Below, in pieces: positions 1 through 8,932 of a stretch of DNA of 49,618 bases. The stretch's first letter is position 1. Every line of letters begins with the position of its first letter. The notes under the pieces are model-generated. The model was not told where the DNA came from, did not search any database, and saw only the letters and a list, made by a program, of their open reading frames with translations. The stretch lies in contig QKGY01000088.1 in the NCBI GenBank assembly GCA_003250235.1, positions 1 to 49,618 of the forward strand, in the 5' to 3' direction. Origin of the DNA: Desulfuromonadaceae bacterium. Its GTDB lineage: Bacteria; Desulfobacterota; Desulfuromonadia; Desulfuromonadales; SZUA-540. The position numbers were made by a program, and so were the translations under genes.

Positions 1-47
1 GACCCCTGCCGTGTGAAGGCAGTGCTCTCCCGCTGAGCTAAACGCCC
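1..47 (-). tRNA. tRNA-Val(CAC), 3' part runs off the window
   Basis: Reverse complement GGGCGTTTAGCTCAGCGGGAGAGCACTGCCTTCACACGGCAGGGGTC: D-arm, anticodon stem CTGCC/GGCAG with loop TT-CAC-AC. Confidence 0.93.
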
Positions 48-61
48 TTTATAGGGAGGTC

Positions 62-90
62 TTTATATCAATTCGCCCTTACCCTGTCAA
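62..90 (-). promoter_or_regulatory. sigma70 promoter of tRNA-Val
   Basis: TTGACA-17nt-TATAAA with TG extension on the minus strand, just upstream of the tRNA 5' end. Confidence 0.8.
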
Positions 91-115
91 CCGTTTGTTG
101 GACGATTTCGCTTTC

Positions 116-1057
116 TCACTTAAGGTTGTGTTTCAGAATCTCCTCAACCGCCGAATACGGATCGACTTCGCGCTTTGCAATGGCCTGGATGGTGCGGGCC
201 AGACGATCGTCAGCATGCAGGCGCGTGTACACCTGGCGAAAGAGACCGTCCTTGAGCAGTTCGGTAAAATGCGTGGCGCTCTTGTTTTCTTCAAAGCGGG
301 CCAATTTGCCACTTTGAATGAGGTAGTTACGGTGAGCCTCAATCTTTTCGATCAGTTCGTCGATACCGTCGTGGCGGGCGGCGACGGTCTTGATGACGGG
401 AGGCCACCACTCACCCTCGGGGGGATGATTCATCTCGATCATCACTTCCAGATCACGCACGGTGCGGTCGGCATCAGGGCGATCGGCCTTGTTGACAACA
501 AACACATCACCGATCTCAAGGATCCCTGCCTTGATGGCCTGGATGTCATCACCAAGACCGGGAACACTGACCACAATGGATGTGTGTGCGGTGCGAACGA
601 TATCGACTTCGTCCTGCCCGACCCCGACGGTCTCGACGATGATGATTTCCCACCCCATGGCATCGAAAACATTGACGATGTCGTTGGTGGAATTGGACAA
701 TCCGCCAAGATGCCCACGGGTCCCCAGGGAGCGAATGAACACACCGTCGTCAGAGGCATGGCGGTTCATGCGGATACGGTCCCCCAGGATGGCGCCTCCT
801 GTAAACGGGCTGGTCGGATCGATAGCTACGACGGCAACCGTTTTGTCTTTTTTCCGGTACGCCTCGATCACCTTATCGGTCAGCGTGGATTTGCCCGCCC
901 CGGGCGGGCCTGTGATGCCTATAATAAAAGCTTTGCCGGTATGGGGATAAAGAGTCTTCAGTTCCGCAGTGGCACTAGCCATCCCATCATCGATGTCACG
1001 CATCAGGCGAGCCGCCGAGCGGACATCGCCGTTCAATATTTTTTCCGCCAGAGACAT
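116..1057 (-). CDS. meaB: methylmalonyl-CoA mutase-associated GTPase MeaB (ArgK/MMAA family)
   Basis: GITGPPGAGKST P-loop, DPTSPFTGGAILGDRIRM, ETVGVGQ, NKAD; near a B12-binding mutase subunit gene. Confidence 0.95.
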   Translation of the reverse strand: MSLAEKILNGDVRSAARLMRDIDDGMASATAELKTLYPHTGKAFIIGITGPPGAGKSTLTDKVIEAYRKKDKTVAVVAIDPTSPFTGGAILGDRIRMNRHASDDGVFIRSLGTRGHLGGLSNSTNDIVNVFDAMGWEIIIVETVGVGQDEVDIVRTAHTSIVVSVPGLGDDIQAIKAGILEIGDVFVVNKADRPDADRTVRDLEVMIEMNHPPEGEWWPPVIKTVAARHDGIDELIEKIEAHRNYLIQSGKLARFEENKSATHFTELLKDGLFRQVYTRLHADDRLARTIQAIAKREVDPYSAVEEILKHNLK

Positions 1058-1080
1058 GGCAGGGTCATCCTTTCCTTGAG

Positions 1081-2225
1081 TTACGCCAAGCGCCCGAGAA
1101 GATCCCGGGCGATGACCAGCCGCTGCATTTCGCTGGTCCCCTCGCCCAGTTCGCAGGCTTTGGCGTCACGCAGATACCGCTCGACCGGAAAATCGCGCAG
1201 ATAGCCGTACCCGCCATGGATCTGCAGAGCGACATTGGCCGCACGGGTGGCAACTTCCGAGGCGAACAGCTTGGCCATCGCCGACTCCCGGGTGCACGGC
1301 TCTGCGGCATGAATCTTCTCGGCAGCGCGCCAGACCAACATCCTGGCCGCGTCGATCTCGGTAGCCATATCGGCCAACATCCATTGAATCGCCTGGGTCT
1401 TACCGATCGGCTGATCGAATTGCTTCCGTTTACGGGCATAGGATACGGCCTCTTCAAGACAACCGCGGGCGATCCCTACCGCCATGGCCGCGATGCCCGT
1501 GCGTCCCTGGTCCAGCAGCCCCATGATATCGGCAAAGGCGTTGCCTTCCTGCCCCAAAAGCGCCCCTGCGGGGACGCCGACATCCTTGAGAACGAGGGAC
1601 GTGGTATCGGAGCCCCGGCACCCCATTTTCTTGAGTTTCTGACCGATCTGAAGCCCTTTCGTGCCGGCCTCGACCAGAAAGGCGCTGATGCCGTGGTGCC
1701 GTTTATCCCCCGTACCGGTTCGGGCCATGATGATATAGAGCCCCGCCACCGAGCCCTGGGTGACAAACATCTTGGAGCCCCGAAGGATCCAGTGATCCCC
1801 CTTTCTCTGTGCCGTTGTCCGGATTGACGCCGCGTCGCTTCCGGTTTGGGATTCGCTCAGAGCCCAGGCCCCCAGACACTTACCGCTGGCCATCAACGGA
1901 AGATACCGCTGTTTTTGCTCATCCGTACCACTGCGTTTCAGGTGCCCGCACGCCAGGGTGTTGTGTGAGGTCAAGGTCAAAGCGATCGACCCATCGTAGC
2001 GGGCGATTTCTTCAAGGGCGACGACATAACTAAGGGGATCGAGACCCATGCCGCCGTATTGAACAGGGGCGGTCATGCCCAAGAGACCCCCAGGGTGGCA
2101 ATGGTTTCTGCGGGAAAGATCTCCTGCTCGTCCCAGCTTGCGGCATAAGGGGCGATATGTGTCAGCGCCAGGTCCTTGACCCGATCGCGCAGGCTCTGTT
2201 GCTCTTCGGTCAGATGGAAATCCAT
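1081..2225 (-). pseudogene. acyl-CoA dehydrogenase (short/branched-chain type), frameshifted near 2087-2091 (real lesion or sequence error)
   Basis: ATG at 2225 gives MDFHLTEEQQSLRDRVK...FPAETIATLG then stops at 2073; the ACAD body (LSESQTGSDA, GSKMFVT, QIHGGYGY, GEGTSEMQR) continues in another frame, 1081..2082. Confidence 0.8.
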
Positions 2226-2261
2226 GAATTCAGACTATCGTCCAACAATAGGCGGGTTATC

Positions 2262-2291
2262 AAAAAGAGGGGCCCTCATCACCGAGGGCCC
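2262..2291 (-). terminator. probable intrinsic terminator after the mutase B12-binding subunit gene
   Basis: GGGCCCTC-N6-GAGGGCCC stem followed by CTCTTTTT on the minus strand. Confidence 0.55.
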
Positions 2292-2335
2292 GCAGCGTAA
2301 AGCAAAAAATGTGAGCTCCGGCAGGGGACTCCGGA

Positions 2336-2740
2336 TCAGGCTCTGGGCTTGATGTTGTCCCGCACCCAGGTATTGATGTCTTCCGTGCTCGTACCCGGGG
2401 TGAAGATCTCCTTCACACCGACAGCCTTGAGCCCCGGAATATCATCCTCGGGGATAATACCGCCGCCGAAAACGGGCATATCGTCCGCCCCCTTGGCTTT
2501 GAGCAATTCGATCACCTTGGCGAACAGGGTATTGTGGGCGCCGGACAGGATGGAAAGACTCACCGCATCGACGTCTTCCTGAATGGCCGTGTTGACGATC
2601 TGCTCCGGGGTCTGGCGCAGACCGGTGTAAATCACTTCAAAGCCGGCATCGCGAAAGGCCCGGGCAACGATTTTGGCGCCACGATCATGCCCGTCGAGAC
2701 CGGGCTTGGCTACCAGCAGCCTGAGTTTTCTTTCTGACAT
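2336..2740 (-). CDS. cobalamin-binding small subunit of an acyl-CoA mutase (methylmalonyl-CoA mutase C-terminal domain)
   Basis: [10 protein letters not shown] (DxHxxG), SILSGAH, GGGIIP, FTPGT. Confidence 0.95.
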   Translation of the reverse strand: MSERKLRLLVAKPGLDGHDRGAKIVARAFRDAGFEVIYTGLRQTPEQIVNTAIQEDVDAVSLSILSGAHNTLFAKVIELLKAKGADDMPVFGGGIIPEDDIPGLKAVGVKEIFTPGTSTEDINTWVRDNIKPRA

Positions 2741-2760
2741 GTGTTCTCTCCTTTGTCCCT

Positions 2761-3306
2761 CTAAGATTCGATTCCCTTGCGGGCGTGTTGTCCGGAATTA
2801 TAGTAGTGCTTGATTTCCCTCATCTCGGTCACCAGATCGGCGAGAGCCATGACGTCAGGATGCGCTCCCCGACCGGTCATGACAAGTTCGGTATGGACGG
2901 GTTTGTTGCGGATCATCTCCTTGACCTCTTCCAAAGGGATAAGACCGAAGTCGACCGCACAGTTCAATTCGTCCAGGATAACGAGGTCGTAGTCGCCGGA
3001 GAACAGGATCTGCTTGGCCTTCTCGAATCCGGCCCGGGCAAGGGCGATATCTTCCTCTGCAGGGTTGGCTTTGGAGACGAAGGTATCCCGTCCCACCTGT
3101 TCGATGGTGATCTCGGGGGCCAGTCGCCTGGCGGATTCCAGTTCGCCGTAAACGGTACTTCCCTTCATGAACTGAAGAATACGTACGCGAAAGCCGTGTC
3201 CCGCCGCGCGAAAGGCCAATCCGAGCGAAGCCGTCGTTTTGCCTTTGCCGTTGCCGGTGTAAACCTGAACCAGGCCTTTTTTCAGATGTCTGCGGATTTC
3301 TGTCAT
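2761..3306 (-). CDS. cobO: ATP:corrinoid adenosyltransferase (CobA/CobO/BtuR family)
   Basis: [34 protein letters not shown]. Confidence 0.93.
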   Translation of the reverse strand: MTEIRRHLKKGLVQVYTGNGKGKTTASLGLAFRAAGHGFRVRILQFMKGSTVYGELESARRLAPEITIEQVGRDTFVSKANPAEEDIALARAGFEKAKQILFSGDYDLVILDELNCAVDFGLIPLEEVKEMIRNKPVHTELVMTGRGAHPDVMALADLVTEMREIKHYYNSGQHARKGIES

Positions 3307-3320
3307 CCCGTTCGTCCTTC

Positions 3321-3710
3321 CTAGGTTCTCGGCAGCATCCCCTCGGGGAGAGAGACCGGTCGCCTGTCCTTGCCGATCACCATATGAACCGTGCGCCCTT
3401 CGGCAAGCAGCCGTTCATCCTGATTCAGGACCCGATAACTGAACTCGAGAACTTTTCCCCGGAATTTTTCCAGCGTTGTTTCAATACACAGCCGATCTTC
3501 GTAAAATGCCGGCGATTTATAACGAAGCTGGGCGTCGACCACGACGATAAAATAACCCGCTTTTTCGACATCCGTATAGTTCACCCCCTGCTGGCGAAGA
3601 AAATCGGAGCGCCCTTCTTCAAACCACACGAGATAATTCGAATGGTGAACGATTCCCTGAGCGTCGGTTTCGGCATAACGCACAGTCAGGGTGCATCGGG
3701 TTGTCGTCAT
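3321..3710 (-). CDS. acyl-CoA thioesterase, YbgC/4HBT hot-dog family
   Basis: VRYAETDAQGIVHHSNYLVWFEEGR signature. Confidence 0.9.
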   Translation of the reverse strand: MTTTRCTLTVRYAETDAQGIVHHSNYLVWFEEGRSDFLRQQGVNYTDVEKAGYFIVVVDAQLRYKSPAFYEDRLCIETTLEKFRGKVLEFSYRVLNQDERLLAEGRTVHMVIGKDRRPVSLPEGMLPRT

Positions 3711-3835
3711 GACGCCCTCTTGGAACTCAAACGGTCAGTCTGCTCTATCAGGAGAAGACCCTGGTTGGGATGAAACATCGGTTGGAAAGGCCCTTCAGCC
3801 CTTTTAAGCTCACTAAAAAGATTTAACAGGCCGAA

Positions 3836-3864
3836 AATATAGCAATCACGCTCGGGAGTGTCAA
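3836..3864 (-). promoter_or_regulatory. sigma70 promoter of the thioesterase-cobO-mutase subunit operon
   Basis: TTGACA-17nt-TATATT with TG extension; implies a leader of about 120 nt. Confidence 0.75.
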
Positions 3865-3937
3865 GAAGGTTCCCTCGAAACTATAACGACTTTTGATTTT
3901 ATCCCAGCCGTCGCTCCGAAAGACCGGAACAACGATG

Positions 3938-4858
3938 TCAATACGGCCTTCGGGCTGCTTCTCCCGCCTTGAGATCCTCCAGAATATGAAGATAGCTTTC
4001 ATAGCGGTCGGGATCCAAGACTCCCTCTTGCAAGGCCTTCAAAATAGAGCAGCCAGGTTCCTTTTGATGATAGCAGTTGCGAAACCGACAAGGGGTTTCC
4101 AGAATCGCTTCAAAGCCGGGGAAATACTGGGCCATCTCCAGGGGCGCTACATCCACCAGGCCGAAATCGCGAAAGCCCGGGGTATCGACCAGCTCACCGC
4201 CACCTGCCAGAGCATGCAGGGTGGCAACGGTCGTGGTATGTCTTCCTAGGCCTTGATCCTCGCTAAGTTCGCCCACTAAAAGATCGATCCCGGGGACAAG
4301 AGCATTGAGAAGAGAACTTTTCCCCACACCGGATGTTCCGACAAAAGCGCAGCGGTGCCCATGCGACAAATAGTTGCGGATCGCATCAAGACCGTGCCCG
4401 GAAGAAGCGCTCAACGGAAAGAGGGTCAGAACCGATTGATATATCGTCTCGAGATAAGCGAGAAAGGTGTCGGAAGAGGGAAGATCCATCTTATTGACCA
4501 CCAGAAAAGGATGGATTCCGGCCGCCTTTGCGGCGACGATCGCCCGGTCCACATAACTGCGTGGCGGCGGCGGGGATGCAGAAACCACGATCCCGACGAC
4601 ATCGAGATTGGCCGCGACCAGACGCACCTTCCCCCGAACATCTCGGCGACACATCTCGGTACGTCGCGGCAATCTCTGAAGAATATCACCCCGGACCAGG
4701 ACCTCGTCGCCAACCACGTGACCCGACTGCCGCTTGACGCGAACACTCTGGCTTTCGCCATCGGAAAACCGCACCTCGACCGCCACGCCGTAATGGGCGA
4801 CGATCAGGCCTTCCCTCCCCTGTTCTTGGCTTTTTGCTTGCGGTTGACTCGATGTCAC
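3938..4858 (-). CDS. rsgA: ribosome small subunit-dependent GTPase A
   Basis: Circularly permuted GTPase NKMD...GTSGVGKSS...GRHTT...DTPG and Zn finger CRFRNCYHQKEPGC. Confidence 0.95.
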   Translation of the reverse strand: MTSSQPQAKSQEQGREGLIVAHYGVAVEVRFSDGESQSVRVKRQSGHVVGDEVLVRGDILQRLPRRTEMCRRDVRGKVRLVAANLDVVGIVVSASPPPPRSYVDRAIVAAKAAGIHPFLVVNKMDLPSSDTFLAYLETIYQSVLTLFPLSASSGHGLDAIRNYLSHGHRCAFVGTSGVGKSSLLNALVPGIDLLVGELSEDQGLGRHTTTVATLHALAGGGELVDTPGFRDFGLVDVAPLEMAQYFPGFEAILETPCRFRNCYHQKEPGCSILKALQEGVLDPDRYESYLHILEDLKAGEAARRPY

Positions 4859-5142
4859 AGATCCCTCTTAATACATGGCTTCTTTATGCGAAGCAGAAAA
4901 GTGAGTATAGGAGGTTCCTCGCTGTCCGCAAAGGGTAAAGTTTTCCTTCTATTGTATTTTTTTGATGATCCGAGTTTCTTTTCGACCCGACATTCCAACA
5001 CACAACTACCTGTAATTACTTATTATAAAGTCGACATCTGGTCGAATTCCGATAGATATCGAATGATTTTCCATCTCAGGGACGCTACCGTTTGCTCAAC
5101 CGGGAAACAAAACAATCACACACACCAAAGGAGGTATTCGCC

Positions 5143-5415
5143 ATGAAAACGATTCTTACTGCAGCATTCGCCGCCGCTCTTCTTTCGGTAGGCACTCTTG
5201 CCATCGCAAACGACACGGTTGTACTTGCAAACAAAAAAGGAGACGTTACCTTTAACCACAAGAAGCACAGTGAATCCTTTGTCTGCTCCACCTGTCACGG
5301 GGAGGGAGAACCCGCCAAACTGGACCTGAACATGAAAACGGCCCATGCCCTTTGCAAAACCTGCCACCAAGAAAAAAATGGTCCCACTGCATGTAATGAT
5401 TGCCATCATAAATAA
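5143..5415 (+). CDS. periplasmic triheme cytochrome c7 (PpcA family)
   Basis: Signal peptide, GDVTFNHKKH, three CxxCH (CSTCH, CKTCH, CNDCH); AAGGAGG RBS before ATG 5143. Confidence 0.93.
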   Translation: MKTILTAAFAAALLSVGTLAIANDTVVLANKKGDVTFNHKKHSESFVCSTCHGEGEPAKLDLNMKTAHALCKTCHQEKNGPTACNDCHHK

Positions 5416-5493
5416 TTCGCTATATAATGATTCGATTTTTAAACCGGGTTGCCGTTAGGAACCGGTAACCTAAAACCCAAACGGAGGAAAATC

Positions 5494-5820
5494 ATGCGGA
5501 ACATTTTCAAAGTCCTGGCTGCCTGCCTTCTGGTCGCTTTCGTCGCCACTTCTGCTCTGGCCGTAACGGGTGGGAACCCTAAAAAAGGTAAATACCTTTA
5601 CAAGAAAAACTGCAAATCCTGCCACGCCGAAGGTGCTGAAGGTGGCAACCTCACCCCTTTGAGCAAAACCATGGTTCAGTGGGACCGTTTCTTCGAGCGT
5701 GACAAGCATGCTGCCAAGCCTGAAGTCTTCCAGGGAATGAGCGAACAAGACCTTCTCGACATTCAGCAGTTCCTGTATGACCATGCTGCTGACGGCCCCC
5801 AGCCTCAGACCTGCGGTTAA
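5494..5820 (+). CDS. periplasmic monoheme c-type cytochrome
   Basis: Signal peptide, single CKSCH, C-terminal HAAD-x-PQPQTCG; GGAGG RBS. Confidence 0.85.
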   Translation: MRNIFKVLAACLLVAFVATSALAVTGGNPKKGKYLYKKNCKSCHAEGAEGGNLTPLSKTMVQWDRFFERDKHAAKPEVFQGMSEQDLLDIQQFLYDHAADGPQPQTCG

Positions 5821-5841
5821 TTATACGCCGGAATAATTGCT

Positions 5842-5878
5842 AAAAGAGGGAGGTACGCAGGTACCTCCCTCTTTTTTT
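5842..5878 (+). terminator. intrinsic terminator
   Basis: AAAAGAGGGAGGTAC-gcag-GTACCTCCCTCTTTT with T-run. Confidence 0.9.
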
Positions 5879-5943
5879 GTAACCTGGCTATCCATAACCG
5901 TTTTTGTTATAATTTACGCAGGTAATAAGTTAGGGAGGTCACC

Positions 5944-6168
5944 ATGAAACACTCAGTCGCTACAGCTACACAAATCAAAGTCCAGGAATCCTCCGCGCTT
6001 GCCATCAAACTTCTGACAATTACGTTCCGGATTGCTTTTATCCTCACCTTGTCTGTCATTTTGCTGGTCGGTATCTGGGCCATCGCCGCGCTGGTTGGCG
6101 GAACCCTTGAAGCCGGTGGGATCTTTGGATTGGTTAAAAGCTGGTTTTTGTCTGTGACGGGCATCTGA
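5944..6168 (+). CDS. small hypothetical membrane protein
   Basis: GGGAGGT RBS, upstream TGtTATAAT, long hydrophobic stretch, 74 aa. Confidence 0.7.
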   Translation: MKHSVATATQIKVQESSALAIKLLTITFRIAFILTLSVILLVGIWAIAALVGGTLEAGGIFGLVKSWFLSVTGI

Positions 6169-6194
6169 AGGGCCGCGTATCGACGATTGTCGTG

Positions 6195-6719
6195 TTAACG
6201 TGCCACAAAGGAAGGATTGCCGAGAATATCGCCGAGGAAGAGAGTAAATACCTCGCCAAGAAAGGGAAGGCATTCGTCGAGAGAATGCCCGGCATCAACA
6301 AGGTGAAGGATGGTTTTATGCTGCCGAGAAAAACGCACGGCATGAGAAACCGGAACGACGTTATCGCGCCATCCATGGACGGTTACAACATGTGGTGCGA
6401 CCGGAGAAGGATTCTGGTTACGGTACCCGGGGAGATAAAAAGCCGGTGCCAGCAGGAAAAGACCTAGCGTCTGCACGTGGTGCGATGCCAACGTTGCCAC
6501 ATACGCCCCCATACTGGAACCCACAAGAACGACAGGAGAGGCCATCTTAGAAACCTCCAGAAGAAGGTGCTCCACCCGGTCTTCAGGGTTGAGAATCCCT
6601 CTGAAATCAGGACTCTCCACTGAAAATCCCTTCGCACGTGCGAGCGGGGCAAGGAATTGAATCTTCCTCCCCCAAGGACCACTTTCCTTACCGTGTACAA
6701 AGAAAATACGAGTCGTCAT
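6195..6719 (-). CDS. alpha/beta hydrolase (YqiA-like esterase)
   Basis: HGKES, GSSMG nucleophile elbow, HGWRD, AGH catalytic His. Confidence 0.85.
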   Translation of the reverse strand: MTTRIFFVHGKESGPWGRKIQFLAPLARAKGFSVESPDFRGILNPEDRVEHLLLEVSKMASPVVLVGSSMGAYVATLASHHVQTLGLFLLAPAFYLPGYRNQNPSPVAPHVVTVHGWRDNVVPVSHAVRFSRQHKTILHLVDAGHSLDECLPFLGEVFTLFLGDILGNPSFVAR

Positions 6720-6725
6720 GACGCC

Positions 6726-7208
6726 TCATTCGGCATCCCAGCAAGGTGTTTTATCAAGCCACCCCACCCTTTTTACCCCCCAAAGCCCGACAAGGATGGC
6801 TTCTGCCGTATCGTGTCTCAAGGAGGTCGGCCGTGCCGCCCCGGACCATGTAATCACTTTTCGGGCAAGAATCCCGGCGTTTCGCTTAGCCAACCCACCG
6901 GTTCGCTGCTCGCGGGACAAAAGGAGATCTTTCCGCCAGACTTCCGCATGAATCTGCAAGACCGCGATCCCGGCTTTTCCAGCCTCTCTTCTCCATGTCT
7001 CGGCCAGCGGCCCACCCCCTTCCATCACGATAAAAGCCACATCAGGGTAGGTTTTCAGCAGCAATACGATGCCGCGTTTGAGCCTCGTCGCCGTACCGAA
7101 GTTCTGGGAGCGGTACCATTTAAGCAAACCGTCTCGGCCGAAGTAGGCCAAACCGGTTTTGAGCCCAAGATCAACGGCGAGAAGTCCGGAATCGGCAGGG
7201 GACTCCAT
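6726..7208 (-). CDS. hypothetical protein with RNase H/RuvC-like motif pattern
   Basis: LAVDLGLKTG, IVMEG, WRK, HDTAEAIL; packed within a few nt of both neighbours. Confidence 0.65.
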   Translation of the reverse strand: MESPADSGLLAVDLGLKTGLAYFGRDGLLKWYRSQNFGTATRLKRGIVLLLKTYPDVAFIVMEGGGPLAETWRREAGKAGIAVLQIHAEVWRKDLLLSREQRTGGLAKRNAGILARKVITWSGAARPTSLRHDTAEAILVGLWGVKRVGWLDKTPCWDAE

Positions 7209-7212
7209 CGTC

Positions 7213-7920
7213 TTACTTGAAACTCACGCGCTTGACTCCCTCGAGTTTGACGATTTCCATGGTCAGGTCTTTGCCTATCCGGCGATGATGATTGGTCACT
7301 ATCACATCGATCTGAATATGATTGTTCACGAGATCGGTGTTCATCTGCAGATCGCTGACACGCAATTTCAGTCCGGAAAACAGGGCTTCCAGGTCATCCA
7401 AAAGTAAGGGACGATTTTCACCGAAGACACTCAGACTGAGGTAGCGGTCCTTACCGATAACGGGTTCGAGCTTTTTCAGGAAAAGAAGGCTGAGTACCGC
7501 AAGGACCGTTGAGAAAACAGCCGGGAAATACAGCCCTATCCCTATGGACATGCCCAAACCGGCAACCAGCCACAGACAAGCCGCAGTCGTGAGCCCCCGA
7601 ACGGATATCCCTTCCTTGAGAATGACGCCCGCACCGAGAAAACCGATACCGGTAACGATCTGCGCCGCAACCCTGGCTGGGTCCAAACGCAGGACGGAGG
7701 TTCCGGGCAGACTCCCATATTTCAGATAAAACCCTTCGGACACAATCACCATAAGACAGGAGCCCACCGCAAGGAGGTGGGTCCTTAACCCTGCGGGACG
7801 ACCATGCTTTTCTCGTTCCAGGCCGATAAAGCCCCCCGCCAAGGCCGCCAATAAAATGCGCAGGGATATTTCCAGTTCATAATGTCCTAGATGAAGTTCA
7901 GCGAAAATTTTTGCAATCAT
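7213..7920 (-). CDS. MgtC/SapB family membrane protein
   Basis: IGLERE, AGLRTH, DPARVAAQIVTGIGFLGAG, GLTTAA. Confidence 0.93.
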   Translation of the reverse strand: MIAKIFAELHLGHYELEISLRILLAALAGGFIGLEREKHGRPAGLRTHLLAVGSCLMVIVSEGFYLKYGSLPGTSVLRLDPARVAAQIVTGIGFLGAGVILKEGISVRGLTTAACLWLVAGLGMSIGIGLYFPAVFSTVLAVLSLLFLKKLEPVIGKDRYLSLSVFGENRPLLLDDLEALFSGLKLRVSDLQMNTDLVNNHIQIDVIVTNHHRRIGKDLTMEIVKLEGVKRVSFK

Positions 7921-7964
7921 ATCGACTCACGACAAGAAAGGCGGCCTTTGACAAAACACCCGGT

Positions 7965-8528
7965 TCAAAGCTCCAGCGCATCGGAAATCCCCTGCATGGC
8001 CTCCAGGCACAGGGCACAGAAATCCTCGATGGGTATACCAATCTGCTCGCATTCCAGAATAATGTTTCTGTCCGCGCCTGCGGCAAAGGCTCTCTCTTTC
8101 ATCCTTTTTCTAACCGATTTAGCCTTGACGGAAGCAAGCTTGCGATCAGGATAAACAAGAGCCGTAGCGATGATCAGGCCGGTGATGGTTTCCCCTGCCG
8201 CTAACGCGTGATGGAATCTATCGGAGCGTTTGATCCCATGAGCGGTCTCATTGTGCATAGCAATCGCCTGGATGATCTCTTCGTCGATCTCCCGCGCTTT
8301 CAAGATTTTTTCTGCCTCCTTGGTATGTTCCTTTAAATCGGGGTGACTTTCGGCATCCAGATCGTGGAGCAATCCCGCAATCCCCCATTTATCCGGATCC
8401 TCATTGAAGCGCGTTGCCAGCGCCCGCATCACAGCCTCCGTGGCCAGGCAATGCTTGACCAGGTTGGGGTTCTTGACATGGGTCCGAAGAAGATTCAGGG
8501 CCTCGCCCCGGCTGATTCCGTAGCTCAT
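7965..8528 (-). CDS. HD-domain (HDIG-type) phosphohydrolase
   Basis: KHCLATE, GLLHDLD, AMHN motifs. Confidence 0.88.
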   Translation of the reverse strand: MSYGISRGEALNLLRTHVKNPNLVKHCLATEAVMRALATRFNEDPDKWGIAGLLHDLDAESHPDLKEHTKEAEKILKAREIDEEIIQAIAMHNETAHGIKRSDRFHHALAAGETITGLIIATALVYPDRKLASVKAKSVRKRMKERAFAAGADRNIILECEQIGIPIEDFCALCLEAMQGISDALEL

Positions 8529-8932
8529 GCGGCAGACTCATCCATTCTAAAGACTTTGGCATCTGCTTGGGCATAACTCTGTCCGTCGATTTCCAGAGAC
8601 GCCTTCACAATCAGGACTTTTCGTTTTTCTTCCACGATTTTCGCCTTGAGAACGACCTCCGTTTCCACAGGAACCGGTTTTTTGTATTTGAGATTCAACT
8701 CGGCCGTCACAAAACTGTTTCCTATCGACCGACAGGCATAGATACAGGTTTCATCCAAAAGCGTTGCGAGAATCCCCCCATGGACCACATCCTTCCAACC
8801 CTGAAAATTCTTGGGGATTTGCAATCGACACACTGCGCTGCGGGTGTCCCGATCTACCACAAAAGAAGCTTTGAGCCCTATGGGGTTTTCAGCCCCGCAG
8901 ACAAAACACAGTCCGTCTTCCAGAACATCCAT
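8525..8932 (-). CDS. PaaI family thioesterase
   Basis: CFVCGAENPIGL, QGWKDVVHGGILATLLDE; stop overlaps start of the HD gene. Confidence 0.9.
   Translation of the reverse strand: MDVLEDGLCFVCGAENPIGLKASFVVDRDTRSAVCRLQIPKNFQGWKDVVHGGILATLLDETCIYACRSIGNSFVTAELNLKYKKPVPVETEVVLKAKIVEEKRKVLIVKASLEIDGQSYAQADAKVFRMDESAA

Noticed and set aside
95-1204. 369-aa plus-strand ORF
   Set aside because: Antisense shadow of meaB and the ACAD end; no motifs or RBS.
5040-5100. Possible sigma54 promoter upstream of cytochrome c7
   Set aside because: The TTTGC near 5095 has no GG at the required 10-nt spacing.
5440-5475. CCGGGTTGCCG resembling the 3' end of a c-di-GMP-I (GEMM) riboswitch
   Set aside because: No GGCAAA/GAAA/CGCAAAGC core upstream, and that space is c7 coding sequence; it is a simple leader hairpin.
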